Assembly: GCA_046563655.1 (NCBI GenBank)
Contig: CM102285.1
Span: forward strand, 13,454,001 to 13,518,000
Direction: 5' to 3'
Length of the DNA: 64,000 nt
DNA from: Yuukianura sp. NJ FZ-2021
Taxonomy: Eukaryota
Below, one piece after another: positions 12,962-25,759 of this stretch (positions within the stretch are counted from its first letter, which is position 1; each line of letters starts with the position of its first letter). The position numbers and the translations under genes were made by a program. A model generated the notes under the pieces. That model was not told the origin of the DNA and did no database searches. It was given only the letters and a program-made list of their open reading frames with translations.

Positions 12962-15900
12962 CCTTCCTTCTGAGGTCAAATTCCAGAAGAATACGCCCTT
13001 TTCAAGTCAAAATTACTAAAAATGTTATTACTAGGCTTATGTCAAAGTAAAGTTGCGCGTTTCTTCTAGCTTCTTCTTTTAAAGTTCGATTTCTAATAGT
13101 AGTAGTGACGTTTCTATTGTTTCTGATTGGTTTGCAAAAACAAAAGCGTCTTTATCAATTTCGTTTCCTGGCTGGGACTTCAGTAAGAAAAAAATGGACA
13201 AAATGTAAACTATAAACACTTTAGTATCCCTTCAACTTATAAACAACTCGTCAAATTATAAACAATAGGTTATAAACGGACTATGTCTGCATTTTGAGAT
13301 GATAAAATGATAAATTTTATGGCAATGCTTCAGCCAAAGTCTAGTTTTTGCAAAATCAGGAATTTGTGGCAATGTATTTTAGTAAATAAGTCAAGCCAAC
13401 CACAACCGCAGTGAAAAAACCGCAAATAGAAACGGGCTAATGGTTTTTTAGAGGAAATTAGAGGCTCAAAAATTTTGCAATTAGAATCGTCTTCCCCAAA
13501 ATTAGAGACATGACTTGAATCGCAATTTGAGGATTTTCGCACATGAAATGCTTGTTGATGTCACTTAATTCACAGGCGTGTGAAATGATGGGAGTTTGCA
13601 AGAGGAATTTCAAAATGAAGAAAATTCAAATTCAACTTACTGTAGTTTTCCAGTTGTGGGGTGTTTTTGTTTTTGCAAAATTAGTTGACTGCTCGCTTTT
13701 TGTTGACGAAAGTTCCAAAAAATTATGCTAACGAGGCTGTCCAGTTGTAACTGCTGCGGAAGTATAAGTAGGATGCGATGGACGACGTAAATTGAATAGA
13801 AGACACTAGGACTAGTTACTACAAAAGTGATTAGACTTTCTTAGTGTTTGACTTCTAGAAAACTAATCTTCTAAAGGCACTTTGACTAATTGCATCTTTT
13901 TACCAAAAACAAGTCCAAGTTTGTGGTAATGCACAAAAACAATGTTGTCCACACGCTCTCTTGTTCTTCACCGGGCTAAAACATGAACTAAATTGGCAAA
14001 CGAGAGGCGCAGTAGCATTCAGCAACTGTTTTTTTTCTGCAAACTCGCAAAAACAAAACCCTCCAGGCTCGGATTAAAAAATAATAATTTGCCACCTCGG
14101 TCTAAAAATTAGAAAACTTTCCAGGATTTTTTGCACTAAGACTTCCGTTCCTTTGAGCTTCTTCTTTCCTCTTTCAAAAAGTTTTGGTTGAAAGACGAGG
14201 AAGAAATGGACTTTAATCTGTACTTTGGTATGGTTAGCACGTAAGAACAATAGAACTTATGTGTTCCCTTCCGTTCCAGAACTTTTTTTGGAGTAGTACA
14301 AGTTTAGCAGAGATCCCTCCATGAGGATCACTCAAACTGGTCTAAATGAGTCCGTTTACATGGTTCGAAATTGCATGTGGAAGGCAGCAGGAGAGCTCTC
14401 CCAACCAGAGACAAGCTCAAACCAATATCCAACAGCCTTTGGGTGCAAATGTCCTTGTGTGCAAAAATACGAAAATCTAACTTCAATTATACCCTAGGTG
14501 GTAAACTTAACTTAATTTAAGAGATGTCGACGCAATGAGTTGGTGTTTGACACATCCGAAAAAAAAAACTTAGCTCAGAAACGCAAAATAACTAAAAACA
14601 AATCAATGGAGGCGTAAAAGGGCGGAAACTTGGCTTTGCTTTTGTGTGGCGATGAAATTCTTTTTGCAGAAATTAGGAAAAGATCGTTTTGTATTGAAAT
14701 TAAAAATTCTAAGTTTGTTTGGCTTGAGGGTAAGCTTTCAGTTGGAGTTAGGCTAACCAATTGTTAATTAGATGCCAAAAATATCCTAAATTGCGAATTA
14801 GATTCGGACATGTTTTTGTTCTGGTGAGATTCTGAAAGTGAATTTCAAAATGTCAAGTGTCAAGACGCTCATAGGTTCCTAGTGACATGTGTCACCTTTA
14901 TCTAGATGACGCAAGGGCGTTACGCTTCCTCTTCTAAATTAATCTGATTTGGTAATTCAACATTCTCTTTTAGACATATGTCATTGACATTTGTGCTTTA
15001 ACTGACCTAAGACAACTTACTTTGTAACTTCTAAGCCTGCAGTGCAGTCTGTTAACCTTTTTTTTCAACTGTGCAGTGAAAGTGATTCTGAATTTTTCAA
15101 AGTTCGTTGCTTTGAACAATTTGCTAAAACCTAAAAATTGAAGTGGCTTTTTTATGATTATTTTTTTGTCCAGGGTTGTAAAGAGTTCCAAATGTAATCT
15201 TAATTTTATATTTACTTAACTTTGAATTTAAAATGATTTCTACTTCTATAACTTATTATAACTTTCAAAATTCGAAAATTTGAAGTTGATGCGTTTTAAA
15301 ACCATTTTTAATTCAGATCATTCCTGGACGTGGATGTTTGTTGAGTTGATGCTTAGCGTTTTAGTTTTTAGCATTTTAGTAAAAATATGTCTAACAGTTA
15401 TATTGCGGCGGCTTTTCGCAAAGGTCGAATTTTGGTATTTTGAATTGAGAGGCACTCAATTGTAAAACATGACTTTTAAATTTTCAACTACTACGGAGTT
15501 AACTAATCAATTCAAGTTAAACATATTAAACCTAACATTATGTAAACCCGTTTCATCTATTATTTCAATTCTTTCCAAAAACGACACAAAAACCTAACTC
15601 TAATAGCTGCAAACTAAAGTTTTTTTTTTTTTACAAGGTAAGGTAACAGTAAATGGCTGCACATGACTTTGGGCTTGTCAGGTCAAAGGTCGTTAGAGTG
15701 GTTCAGATATACTTTGATCTTCATCACACGAATTAATACCTTATACATTTGGATTTAACTTAATACTTGGTTGTTGGATTTACATTCCGGGAATTAAATG
15801 CAAACAGGTCCTAGTTAAATAATATCGTTAATAATTGGAGTTTTTAAGGATTTAGCTACAATTGGCTACGTAACTTACAACTGCCTCTACCATTTTTCGC

Positions 15901-16018
15901 GATTCTGTTTTCAGTTTTCGCTTTGACTTGTACTGAATTTGGATGAAGATTTTAAAAAGAAATGGCTTGATATTGATGTTGGTTCTTGGCTTTTCGGTAC
16001 AGTTCAACTTCTTACTTA

Positions 16019-16802
16019 TTAGTAGGCTGGTGACCTCGGAGAGTTGACAGTCGCCGTTTTCGTTATTCGCTCTCCTTGAGCAATTTCTCCTGCCTTCCAG
16101 GCAATGAACTTTAAGTAGGCGTCGAATAAATAGACAAGCATTGCAGCGTATCCGAAAAACTGGAAATTAGACCTAATGAATCTGTGGAATCAATTGTTAA
16201 GGATATTGTTGCAAATATGAATCGCTTACTGCAGCAGCGGCAAATGCACCATCATATTTTCCTTCAACAGCCGCTGCTGTTGCAGCCGTGAAGTAGAAAA
16301 ACGTCCAGAGACCACAGTACACCCATTCCTGCCAAAACAACCAAAGTGTTAACCTAGTAAACTCGGAATATACATTGAAATTGAATCTTTGCTGTTACGT
16401 ACCACCATTAGCCATGGGATACTGTAAAACTTTTCAACGACGTGGTACAAGAAGAAAATGAACAGAATTAGGGTTATCCAGAATCCACCCATTGCTACGA
16501 AGGAGAACCAATTGCCAGTACTTGACGCTGCACGAACAGCAACGGCCACACAGATGAATCCCAGTAAATCCAGAACCTGTTTTAGAAACAATTGCAGTTA
16601 TTAATCTGTCATGATCTATAGGCTAACTGAAAATCAGGTCAATCTTAAAATGTGTTGGTCTTACCATCTGTGCACATTTGAGTCCACCAGGAAGTCCTCT
16701 GACATAGTCAGGGTCAAGTCGTAGCGACGTTATGACTGATGTGGACGTAGTCGTAGTTGTGGTATGGGTGGATGGAAATCCTCGTCCAGTTTCAGCATCC
16801 AT
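16019..16802 (-). CDS. MARVEL-domain membrane protein (plasmolipin/CMTM-like), 4 coding exons
   Basis: Spliced product MDAETGRGFP...LRLDPDYVRGLPGGLKCAQMVLDLLGFIC...WFSFVAMGGFW...IPWLMVEWVYCGLWTFFYF...AAAFFGYAAMLVYLFDAY has four hydrophobic helices. A probable non-coding 5' exon lies near 17023. Confidence 0.85.
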
Positions 16803-18454
16803 GCTGATCAGCTGATTCGTAGCTTCGTCTTAAGATAGTGGCTTTACCATTTATGTAGGTTGAACAACGTTTTGTACGTTAATTCTTGATTACCTGAAAC
16901 TACTAATCATAATTCAATTACTAATCGATTTCAAGTTTGTAAAGTTGGAAATGTAAACTTTCTCTTCTCAAAAAAATAACACCACTTTCTCTTGTTTTTT
17001 TTTTTCACAAAAAAAAAACTTACGGCCGCACTTTACTATTTTTCTCACCTCAACGCCTCTCACTTTTTGACTCCACGACTCCGCTAAGGCAAAATTTCTT
17101 ATCTTATAGCTTCCATATCAGCAATGACTTGCTAACTACAAGAAATGACGCTTTAATTACCTGTAAATGATCCAGGACTAACGTAGAAACCTTTGTAATC
17201 TTCAGAATTAGTCGAATGTTAAAGATTCTAATTAGGAACTCGATCTCTGTAACTTTTGTCCACTATACCCTAGCCTTTACCGTAGGCGGCTCGACAGAAT
17301 CACGCCCTACAAAAGCAAAGACGAAGCATTTTGCCGGGCTTCCCTTGCCAATTTTGATCTTTAAAAGCTAACACATTTGAAGCTAGCTGAAGATTTGTAG
17401 CAGGGAGGCAATAGCGACTGCCAAAAAAAGATCTCGAGAAGCTGCTGATGCATGCTTGATTCTTCCTGGATGGGTCTAGTCTCGAGCATTGTCTAAAACT
17501 TTGTTCGTATCGATATAAGCAAGCCCAATGCTGTTTTTGGTCCACTGTGTTATATCATCATCATCTTGTCTTCCAAAAGATCAGTTTCTGTCTGTAAGAA
17601 GGCAGAAGTTGGCTTGGATGCTGCTGGTGACCTACTTTTAAAGCATTCCCTTCGTGTAGACAGAAACTGATGCCTTTATAACTTTATTTTGGTAGACTAG
17701 TGTTTTAAGTTGTGCTAAAACAGTACTACAAGAAGATGGTAGGAATTTGGAGAAAGTGGCGCAGATGTTGCTGAAAAATGCTAGGATACAAAAGCAAAAG
17801 TTTGGAAATTAGGCTTGCTGCTGCTTCTTTTTCAAAAAATCTAGAAAGAAAGTTTAGAAAACAATGAGGCATGAGGATTTTGATTATGTTTCACTAGGGA
17901 CAGACACAATGTGACAACAATTTTTTTTACAAAAGATTTATTTCCTACAATACATTTCTTTTCCAGCTTTTTTTTTTGAAAAAGAGGAAACTCTTCGCTT
18001 CCTTCGCTTTCTGAGAAAAAATCCTTTTCCTTTTTGGCAAATCACTTTTAGTCGACAGCAATAATGCGAAGGTTATGAAGCGAGTGTGACAAAGAACTGA
18101 AATTAAAACGGGATTTGGAATTCTTTCCATTCTTTTCCTTTTTTGAAAATGATTAATTTCAAAAACTTAATGAAAGACGCTTATTTTCCATATTTTAAAT
18201 ATGAAATTAGGAGAGGATGAGTCGGAAGGTGACGCTTTTCAAGTTCTTCATAAAACTAAAATTTGGAATGAAAGAAAGTTGAAATTTCTTGGAAAGTTAT
18301 TTGGTGAAGTTGATGTAACTTGGTATACATAATTTGATATTTCGTAAACTGAAATCGTTGGGTTAATTGAAATATGATTTGGTTATTATAAGATCATTTT
18401 CTGTTCAGGATGTTGTAATGCTATCGTTTGGTAATGACCGGGCACTAATTGAAG

Positions 18455-18462
18455 TATAAATA
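18455..18462 (+). promoter_or_regulatory. TATA box of the QLVARPG-repeat gene
   Basis: TATAAATA about 110 nt upstream of ATG 18566. Confidence 0.5.
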
Positions 18463-18565
18463 TCCTTTGAGGGATAATTTTCTGGTGTAATTTTCTGAGA
18501 AGCCAAAGTTAGGTAAACGCGAAATTACTTGCAGACAGTCAGCGCAAGGCAACGGCATCAGAAAA

Positions 18566-19139
18566 ATGAATTTCCACGTTCAAATTGCCGTAAGGACTTT
18601 CTCCATTTTTACTTTTTCTTTCTGTTTTTGTCAAGGGGAAATGTGACATTTTTCGAATTCTGTATTAGGCAATTCTGATTGTTGCGACTTATGGGCTGAT
18701 TAATCCTGTTGCGTCGCAAGTTGGAGTCGTTGGACGTCAGCCGGTATCGGCTTTAGGAGGTGGTCGACTTGTTGCCCGTCCTGGACTTACAGGAAGTCAG
18801 CTCGTTGCGCGACCTGGAGTGGTTGGTGGTGGTCAGCTAGTCGCTCGTCCGGGCGTCACAACAGGCCAGCTTGTTGCTAGACCAGGACTCACAGGGAGCC
18901 AGCTCGTCGCTCGTCCTGGTGTTTCCGGAGGTCAACTTGTCGCTAGACCTGGAGTAGTAGGTGGAGGTCAGCTTGTTGCCAGACCAGTTAGCACAGGAGG
19001 TCAGCTAGCCGCAAGACCAGGCCTAACGAGTGGCCAGCTCGTTGCGCGACCTGGAGTTGTTACAGGAGGCCAGCTCATTGGAGGTCAACCCATTGGTGGG
19101 CGTGTCGTAGGCCGTCCAGCAGTTGGACCCGGTCGTTAA
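18566..19139 (+). CDS. Secreted Gly/Arg/Pro/Val-rich repeat protein (9x [Q/R]L[V/A]ARP[G/V]), function unknown
   Basis: Exon 1 is 18566-18589 (MNFHVQIA), then a GT-AG intron, then exon 2 18669-19139 in frame; 164 aa. It has a signal-peptide-like N-terminus, and the repeats differ at synonymous codon positions. Confidence 0.85.
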
Positions 19140-19731
19140 CCTAGCTCCCGGGTACTCACTTTCTAATTCTCTGTCATTCCGAATTAATCTCCTCTTGTAA
19201 AAGTTTTGTAATTTAATTCACAGAGTATGTGTCTAATCCTTAGGCTTCCCGCCACATTCTCACCATCACGATAAATCAACCCAGGATTTTATGAGCAGTC
19301 GACTAAACTAGTTTTGTAGTAGAACGGCATTGCGACATGGCAGTCTGTCGCCATATGGCCCAAACTCCCAGCCATTCCGCCACCAAATTCTTATTCATAA
19401 AACCTCTCATTCTGTTTATTTAGAAAAAAAAAGTTTTCATTAATAACAACAACAAACTGCCTACAGTTTCTGTTTTCGATTCCTTGAGTAAAAAGTGCTT
19501 ACTCGCTTGGTTCCGTCGTCGTCGTACTCGTAAAACTTACTCCACTTCTGCCCGCCTAGCGCTTCCCCGGGTTTCTCTGAACTGATTTCACCCTCCTGTT
19601 GGCCGGATTCCGATCGATTGGATCGGAACGCCGTCCATATCGTTAGGTCAGACATCACCGTCATCCCTGGTCCCAAAAACTTGTCTTTCAGATTGTCTTT
19701 TTGTAGCAATGGCCCTTTCGCCATTTGAAAA

Positions 19732-22700
19732 TCACCTTCCAGCTTCTGAAACTGTACTTGGACCCTCTATGCTACAGACGGAGTCCTCGATATCATCGTT
19801 GTAACGAAATGACGGCATGTTTCGCCTTCCACGTTTCTGAAACGGCATTAAAACGACGTTTTTTTAAATTTTGATTCAAAAAGATTTTGCAACTTTTCAC
19901 TCGGAACACTTTTGGTTAGTTTCTCGTTTTCACTCCTCAGAAACTGCTTTCTTAGCAGTAAGCACTTTCGGTAATTTTGATATTCCTGGAAATTTGAATC
20001 TTTGAAAACGTGTTTTTTGAAGTTTCAGCACTTACTTGCAGAGAGAAGCGTCGATGTGTTGGTTTCCTTCCACCACGGCGTTTGCTAATATGCGGATTGT
20101 CTTTGCGCATGGTTTTATTTCGCAAATGTTCTAATTGAGTGTAAACACGTTTAAGTTCCGTCTGAAAAATTTATTGTACAAAATCAGTGATTTTTGGGTA
20201 CGATAGTAGATTCGTCTGATGGTTACATTCTCCCAAAAGTCGAATTTTCGCTTACCCGGATGTCTCCGATTTCCATGTCGTCTAAATGGATTTCGCCCAC
20301 TTCACATTCGACACTTTTTTCAATCCGTTTTTCTCCTCTTTTATCGTTCCAACTGTAATAGAACTGTTTCCAGAAATAGGAAAAGAGAAAGCAAGTGAAA
20401 GTCAGTTTTTGGCTCCAAAATAACTTATTTTTTTGAAAATGAGAACTCTGCATGTAAACCTCGTTCCTTTACTCACTTTTTCACCAAAGACAACCAGGAG
20501 CACTGTCGTTGTAGAGCCCAGGCGAACTCCAAATTCAGCCCAGTCACGTCCTTCAAAATTTCCAAATTCTCTCAAACCAATTCCAGCTCCCACGCAGAGT
20601 CCTTCCAGCAAAAAACAGGCGGCGTACAGTAGGTTGTCTCCAGGATTTTGACATGCCAAATGGAGTCCATAGGCAAGGAACAGGAGCTCTCCTATGTAAA
20701 ATAAACTAAAAAGTAAAAGCGTCCTAATGCTTCCTTTCAAGTCAACTTAAACAAAAACGGAGCGGAAAGTTGTCTTGAACAAGAAAGGAAAACAGCGTAG
20801 AAGAAAATCATCATCATCTTCAAAGGGAATAAAAATAACGTCTTCCCATTTTCCTCCAGAAATTGTTTTCTTCGAAATTACAAAATTTTGTGAAGGAAAA
20901 TGGAAGACGAGGATAGCAGATTCGGTTGTTCAGGACGAAATACTTGAAAAAACTTTATGGCTCAATGGACAAAGTTTTCCGCAAAACTTTTGGTTGCGAC
21001 TGGTTCGACTCTTGGTTCCACCAAAAGATCAGTCATGCTCAACAATTTTATTAGAGAGAGACCATTGAGGTGTGTTAATTACATTTGGAAAATTAGCTAC
21101 CTGCTTCAGTGACGCGGTGCCAAGACGTACGACAGTCTGCTTCCCCAACAGTCCAAGCAGTCAAGTAGAAAAAGACGACAGCAATGAAAGCGGAGAGGTA
21201 GAGTAACAAATCCTTCTCGCGAACAATCCACCTATGGGCTTTCCGTGTTCGAAACTCTACGAGAGATCTAAAAATCAAAAGTTTCCAAATCAAAATTTAC
21301 TACACCACCACAAGCGTTTTTTGGGAAAGTTTTTTTTCGAGTTGGACAAAGTTTGGAAAACAAAAGTTGGGTTTTCGAGAGGACTAATCTAGAAACAAAT
21401 CTAGGGCGGTTAGACTCAAATTCCAAAGTAGAGTGCGCTGTTACCTGTATACTTTGAGAACCATTGAGCCATAGACAAGGCTAAATCCGAATTCTCGGAG
21501 CCAAGCTTCCCAGATACAACTGCCCAGGGCTCTAGCAACGCCTGTGCCGTACAACAGCCCAGAACCTACGCAGATCAGGACGAGTAGACGCCACAGAGAC
21601 CAAACCTGTTTCAAAAAAGTGAAACAAAATGGAATGAAAACTTAAGTTTTAGAACAGACGCTCCAAATGAGTCATGAGAGTCTTTCTGCGGAAGAAAACG
21701 CAAGAGAGACTTTCAGGATTCACTTAAAATGCCGCCTACTCCGCCTAACCGGAAACCACGAAAACCGGATATCCTGATTGAGGTCAATTCAGTTTACGAG
21801 GGCAGAGGAAACTGCATATACTGGAATTGAAAATGTTGGAAAACTTTCTTTAGAAAGCGTTTTGTAAAAAGTACTTACTTTTCGTTTTCGACAAGCAACG
21901 ACGACGAGAGCAAAGATGACTGTTACGGACATACAGCATGAAGCGACTATTAGTTTAACACTTTCGACACAGTCGGTACATTCCGTACAAGTAGAATTAC
22001 AAATGTCGGCACTAAATCTCAACACTGTCCGATATCCATCACTGCAAAACCAGACAAAAAAACATGGTTTTTTATTTTGGAAATCATGAATGTAGTAGAC
22101 GGTAGTAGTAGTACGATAGTAGAAGGCTGAATGATCATCATCACTCAACAATCTTTTCTGTTTGGATGAGTGCCATTTTTTCCATTACAGATCGCTACTA
22201 GTACCACAGACAAGGAAAAACTCCGAAAAAACGGATTTTTTTTTTCAAAAAGCCTCTTCTATCTTGTTCCATACCCCTCCTGCCATTAAATTCCAAGAAC
22301 ATGAATTTACTCTAACGTTCCATTTCCTGTAAGATGCCAGGGCCACGACGCAAGTATTCTCAAATGGAAAATTGATGGTGGTTCGTTGTCTAACGTTTTC
22401 TAACGGAAATTCTGGATTTTTTAGAACAGTTTTTCCATTTTTTAACGAGAACAGTTGCAACAAACAGGCCGCTTTTCGGTTAGTAGAGGCGTTGAATAAC
22501 ATTCGTCAATAAAAACCTCTGCAATGTCATTTTTTCTCAAGCGGATTTTATTACAAAAAGGAAAAAAAATGAAAAAGTTTGGCTTTTTGTCAACATTGGA
22601 ATTGAAAACCCAAAAGAAAGCTCCAATTTCTTCCATTTCTACTCGATCTTCGATCGATCCTTGTCTTATTTTTCGATTGTCATTACTCACATTTCTGACA

Positions 22701-23464
22701 ATCGTATTTTTCAAATTTCGTTTTTTTCAACATCCAAATTGTCAAAGTAAGGTTCAAAATTTGGCAAAACGAAAAATGGGTCAGGTAAAACACCATCAGC
22801 GCATAGTTTTCGAAAATTGACTGTAGGGACGCAAAGAGTTGAAGTGACCATTTTACTAACTTGCTGTTTTAAATTTTTGAGCAAACTGACGAAAGTCTAG
22901 TGATGCTTTTACTGTAAATGCGTTACTTAGAAAGTAGTAGTAGAAAAATGACAAGAAAGTGAAAACGTAAAAGTGGAAGAAAATTTTGTCTTCCAGAATT
23001 TTTTATGAAAAAAGTTGTGGTTAGAGGGAAATCGATTTTTAAAGCGATTTTTTTTATTTTAAGCATAAAACTTACCCCGTGTAGAGGAATTCTATCACTT
23101 CATCATCTCCTCTCCATCCTGACAGGTTAGTGAAATTCCCTTGAGGGACTCTAGCAAGGCGCCTCCTTCTGTCGATGACATAACCTCTACTGTCTGTTTC
23201 GTTAGTAAAGAGACACTTGTCCAGGTCAAGGTTCACCAAAATAATGTCACAAAACAAACTCACAAAACTTGTTTCATTTCCAGCTCTCTGTGTACTGTAG
23301 TTATGTGAAATGGTTATGAGATTTGGTAGATTCGGGTAAAGATTTGTTAGAAATTTGACACTTTGACCTGACAGTTCCGCCGCTTGACCAGTCCAAAATA
23401 AGAGGCTGAAGACAATTGAGCCACCGAGAGACGCCACAAGACTTTCTCCAGCAGAAGGAGACAT
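19732..23464 (-). CDS. GPR158/GPR179-like class C orphan GPCR, multi-exon
   Basis: Exons give WEAWLREFGFSLVYGSMVLKVYR, VEFRTRKAHRWIVREKDLL, ELKRVYTQLEHLRNKTMRKDNPHISKRRGG and EDSVCSIEGPS. Signal-like N-terminus from ATG 23464. Ectodomain exons and the exact 3' end (19732, or ~19649 if there is one more intron) are uncertain. Confidence 0.8.
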
Positions 23465-25759
23465 TTTGCCTCGTCGAGGCCTCTGCTAGGACTGAGCAAC
23501 CGTTTTCCCCTGCTATGATGAGCAGGATCGATGAGCAGACCTTCCAGCACTGAGCTTTTCCTTTGAAATGTTCAGATTTTCTGGAGAAAGTTCTTAGCAA
23601 CTGCTCGGCTGGAGTCGGCTGAAGTCGGGTGTTTGCTGGCTGAACGAGGGAAGCTTCAGCAAGCGACTAATAAGCGACGACCCTTGGAACTGCCTTGGTT
23701 ATCCAAAGCCTGCTGAAAGTCTGTTGCGCCAATATTTGTGCTTTGCCAGGGGAAAAGAACTTTCCTTATTGTCCCTGACGATGGAGAAGGTTCTCGTGGG
23801 ATGAAAGATAGAAAACAGAAGGCTTAGAAGAGGCTGGTGCTAGAAGGCTAGGAGTTGGGAAATGTTGGAGAGCCCTTGAGTTTCTGTCTGTCGTCAGTTA
23901 ATCCTCAACTTCCAAAAGAAGAGCCTGGTGACTAGGGCTATTCCAACTCTATTTTGATTGGAAAATATGTTTTAAGAGAGACAAATATGCCTTTGGATGA
24001 AACAGGAGCAAAGGCAATGAGAAAATTACGAAGCTCAGGGAAGAGTCTGCTCCTTTCTCCTTTTAACTCAGTTTCCTCCTAACAGGGTTTTCTACTCATT
24101 TACAGGTTTACTTTCACCTCATTCACACCCAATCAAAATTAAGACTCCATTTCACTTCCAAAAGTAACCAAATTTACTCCACTTTTCCCCGTGAGATCGG
24201 AAAAGCTGATTTGACCTTGAGCCTAACGTTAACCAAGCGCAAACCGTCTGATTTTAACTTTCCAAAGTAACTAAAAAATTTCCAACCTTGGTATTTTCAT
24301 CTTAAAAATCTCAGCTTTGTTTAGTTCACTCCGATCTTTGAATCTCTGAGAGTTTCCACAAAAATTCAACTTGTTAACTTGACCTTGAATTGCAAGTTTA
24401 ACCTTACACTATGTTAAAATGCATGTAATTACATTATGTTAGTTTTTGTGTGTAAGCAGTTAGGATCCATTTGATTAATGGAGAGTCATTTGGAAATGGG
24501 GTTAAGTAAAGCGGATGAGGCAGAGAAAACACTAGGTTAGTTTAACCTAACAAATTCAGTGAAAGTTTGACCGCAAAACCTTGAGAATTTTGGTACTTTG
24601 TGCGATGGGAAGCAGCTTAGGATGGAAAGACGAACCTAAGGAGTCAGTGGCAGGTTGTTATAAGTCGTTTCAATTCCAGCACTTTGTAAAGGGAGGAACT
24701 CCGTTTCCCGCCTGTCCGAAGAGGCCAAAAAGGAGGAGAAAGCGTGTTCAGAATAATGAGCCGAAACAGTTTCTTTTGATGTTAAAAACTTGAACTGAAG
24801 AAAGCAGAAGAGGAGGGATAAATAGCCAGAAGAGGATGATCAAATGATTCTGCTGGTAGGACTCAAGGCACATTAATCTCCCTTTTCAGCACCACAGGAA
24901 CTTACCTCACTTTCACCAAACCCACAAACCCCCTTTTCCTTGGCGTTTTTCACCAAAACACTACAAAAGATCTATTTGAACTTCAACCCCCCTCCACAAG
25001 AGTTAGGGGCGTTTTGACCCCTCCCCCAAATTGGAAAACCTTCCATTTCAGAGAAAAAGAGAGGTAAAAGACGTATTCAAGATGCCGTGATCCTAATTTG
25101 TATTCCGCCTTCAGCTGTATAACTTTCTACTAGTAACGCCAACGCCGCTTTTCCTTAACGAAATCCAAGGATTTTTTTGAATCTTTTAAAAATTTACGCG
25201 TTCCTTCACCATAACTTTATATTTATGGTTGATGGTTCGGTCTTTTCAAAATTCTAGACTTTTTGTTGAAAATTCGAGCCTCAAACTTTACTTTAAAATT
25301 CATAAAACATAAAAAATTGGACAATTGAGATTTGAATTTTAAAGAGCTAGGAATTTAACTCAAATTAAATTAAGATGTGACACTACTTTAAGAAAATTTA
25401 GCTTTGACTTTATAAAGAAAAGTGTCAATATTTTTATACGTTATGAAGATCTTATCCACAACATACTCAGGATTGCTGGCTACTCCGCTATAGTTTTTAT
25501 GTTGATGTAAAAAAGTTTTTAACGCCTACGCATCTTGCCTTCGAAATGCCTTATTTGGATTGCCAACTTGTAAATTTCACATTCACAACCGTAGGTTATT
25601 ACCGTTAGAATGGTCCAACTAGGAAGAACATTTTCCTGTGTTCGTTCATGTTCTTAAATTTTAAGTTAGGTAAAGTAATAGCCTAAAGTTAGGCTCAGGA
25701 ATTCTTGACAGTTTGGTCTCGTCTCCTTCCTCTTTTCTTGGAAAGTCGTAAACCTCCAA

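Noticed and set aside
18770..19080. Regular ~33-36 bp repeats as a CRISPR array or minisatellite
   Set aside because: The context is eukaryotic and variation is concentrated at synonymous positions, so these are coding repeats.
19461..19724. 87-aa ORF as the GPCR C-terminus or a separate gene
   Set aside because: The conserved GPCR frame (EDSVCSIEGPS) stops at 19732 and this ORF has no recognisable motif; it is probably 3' UTR.
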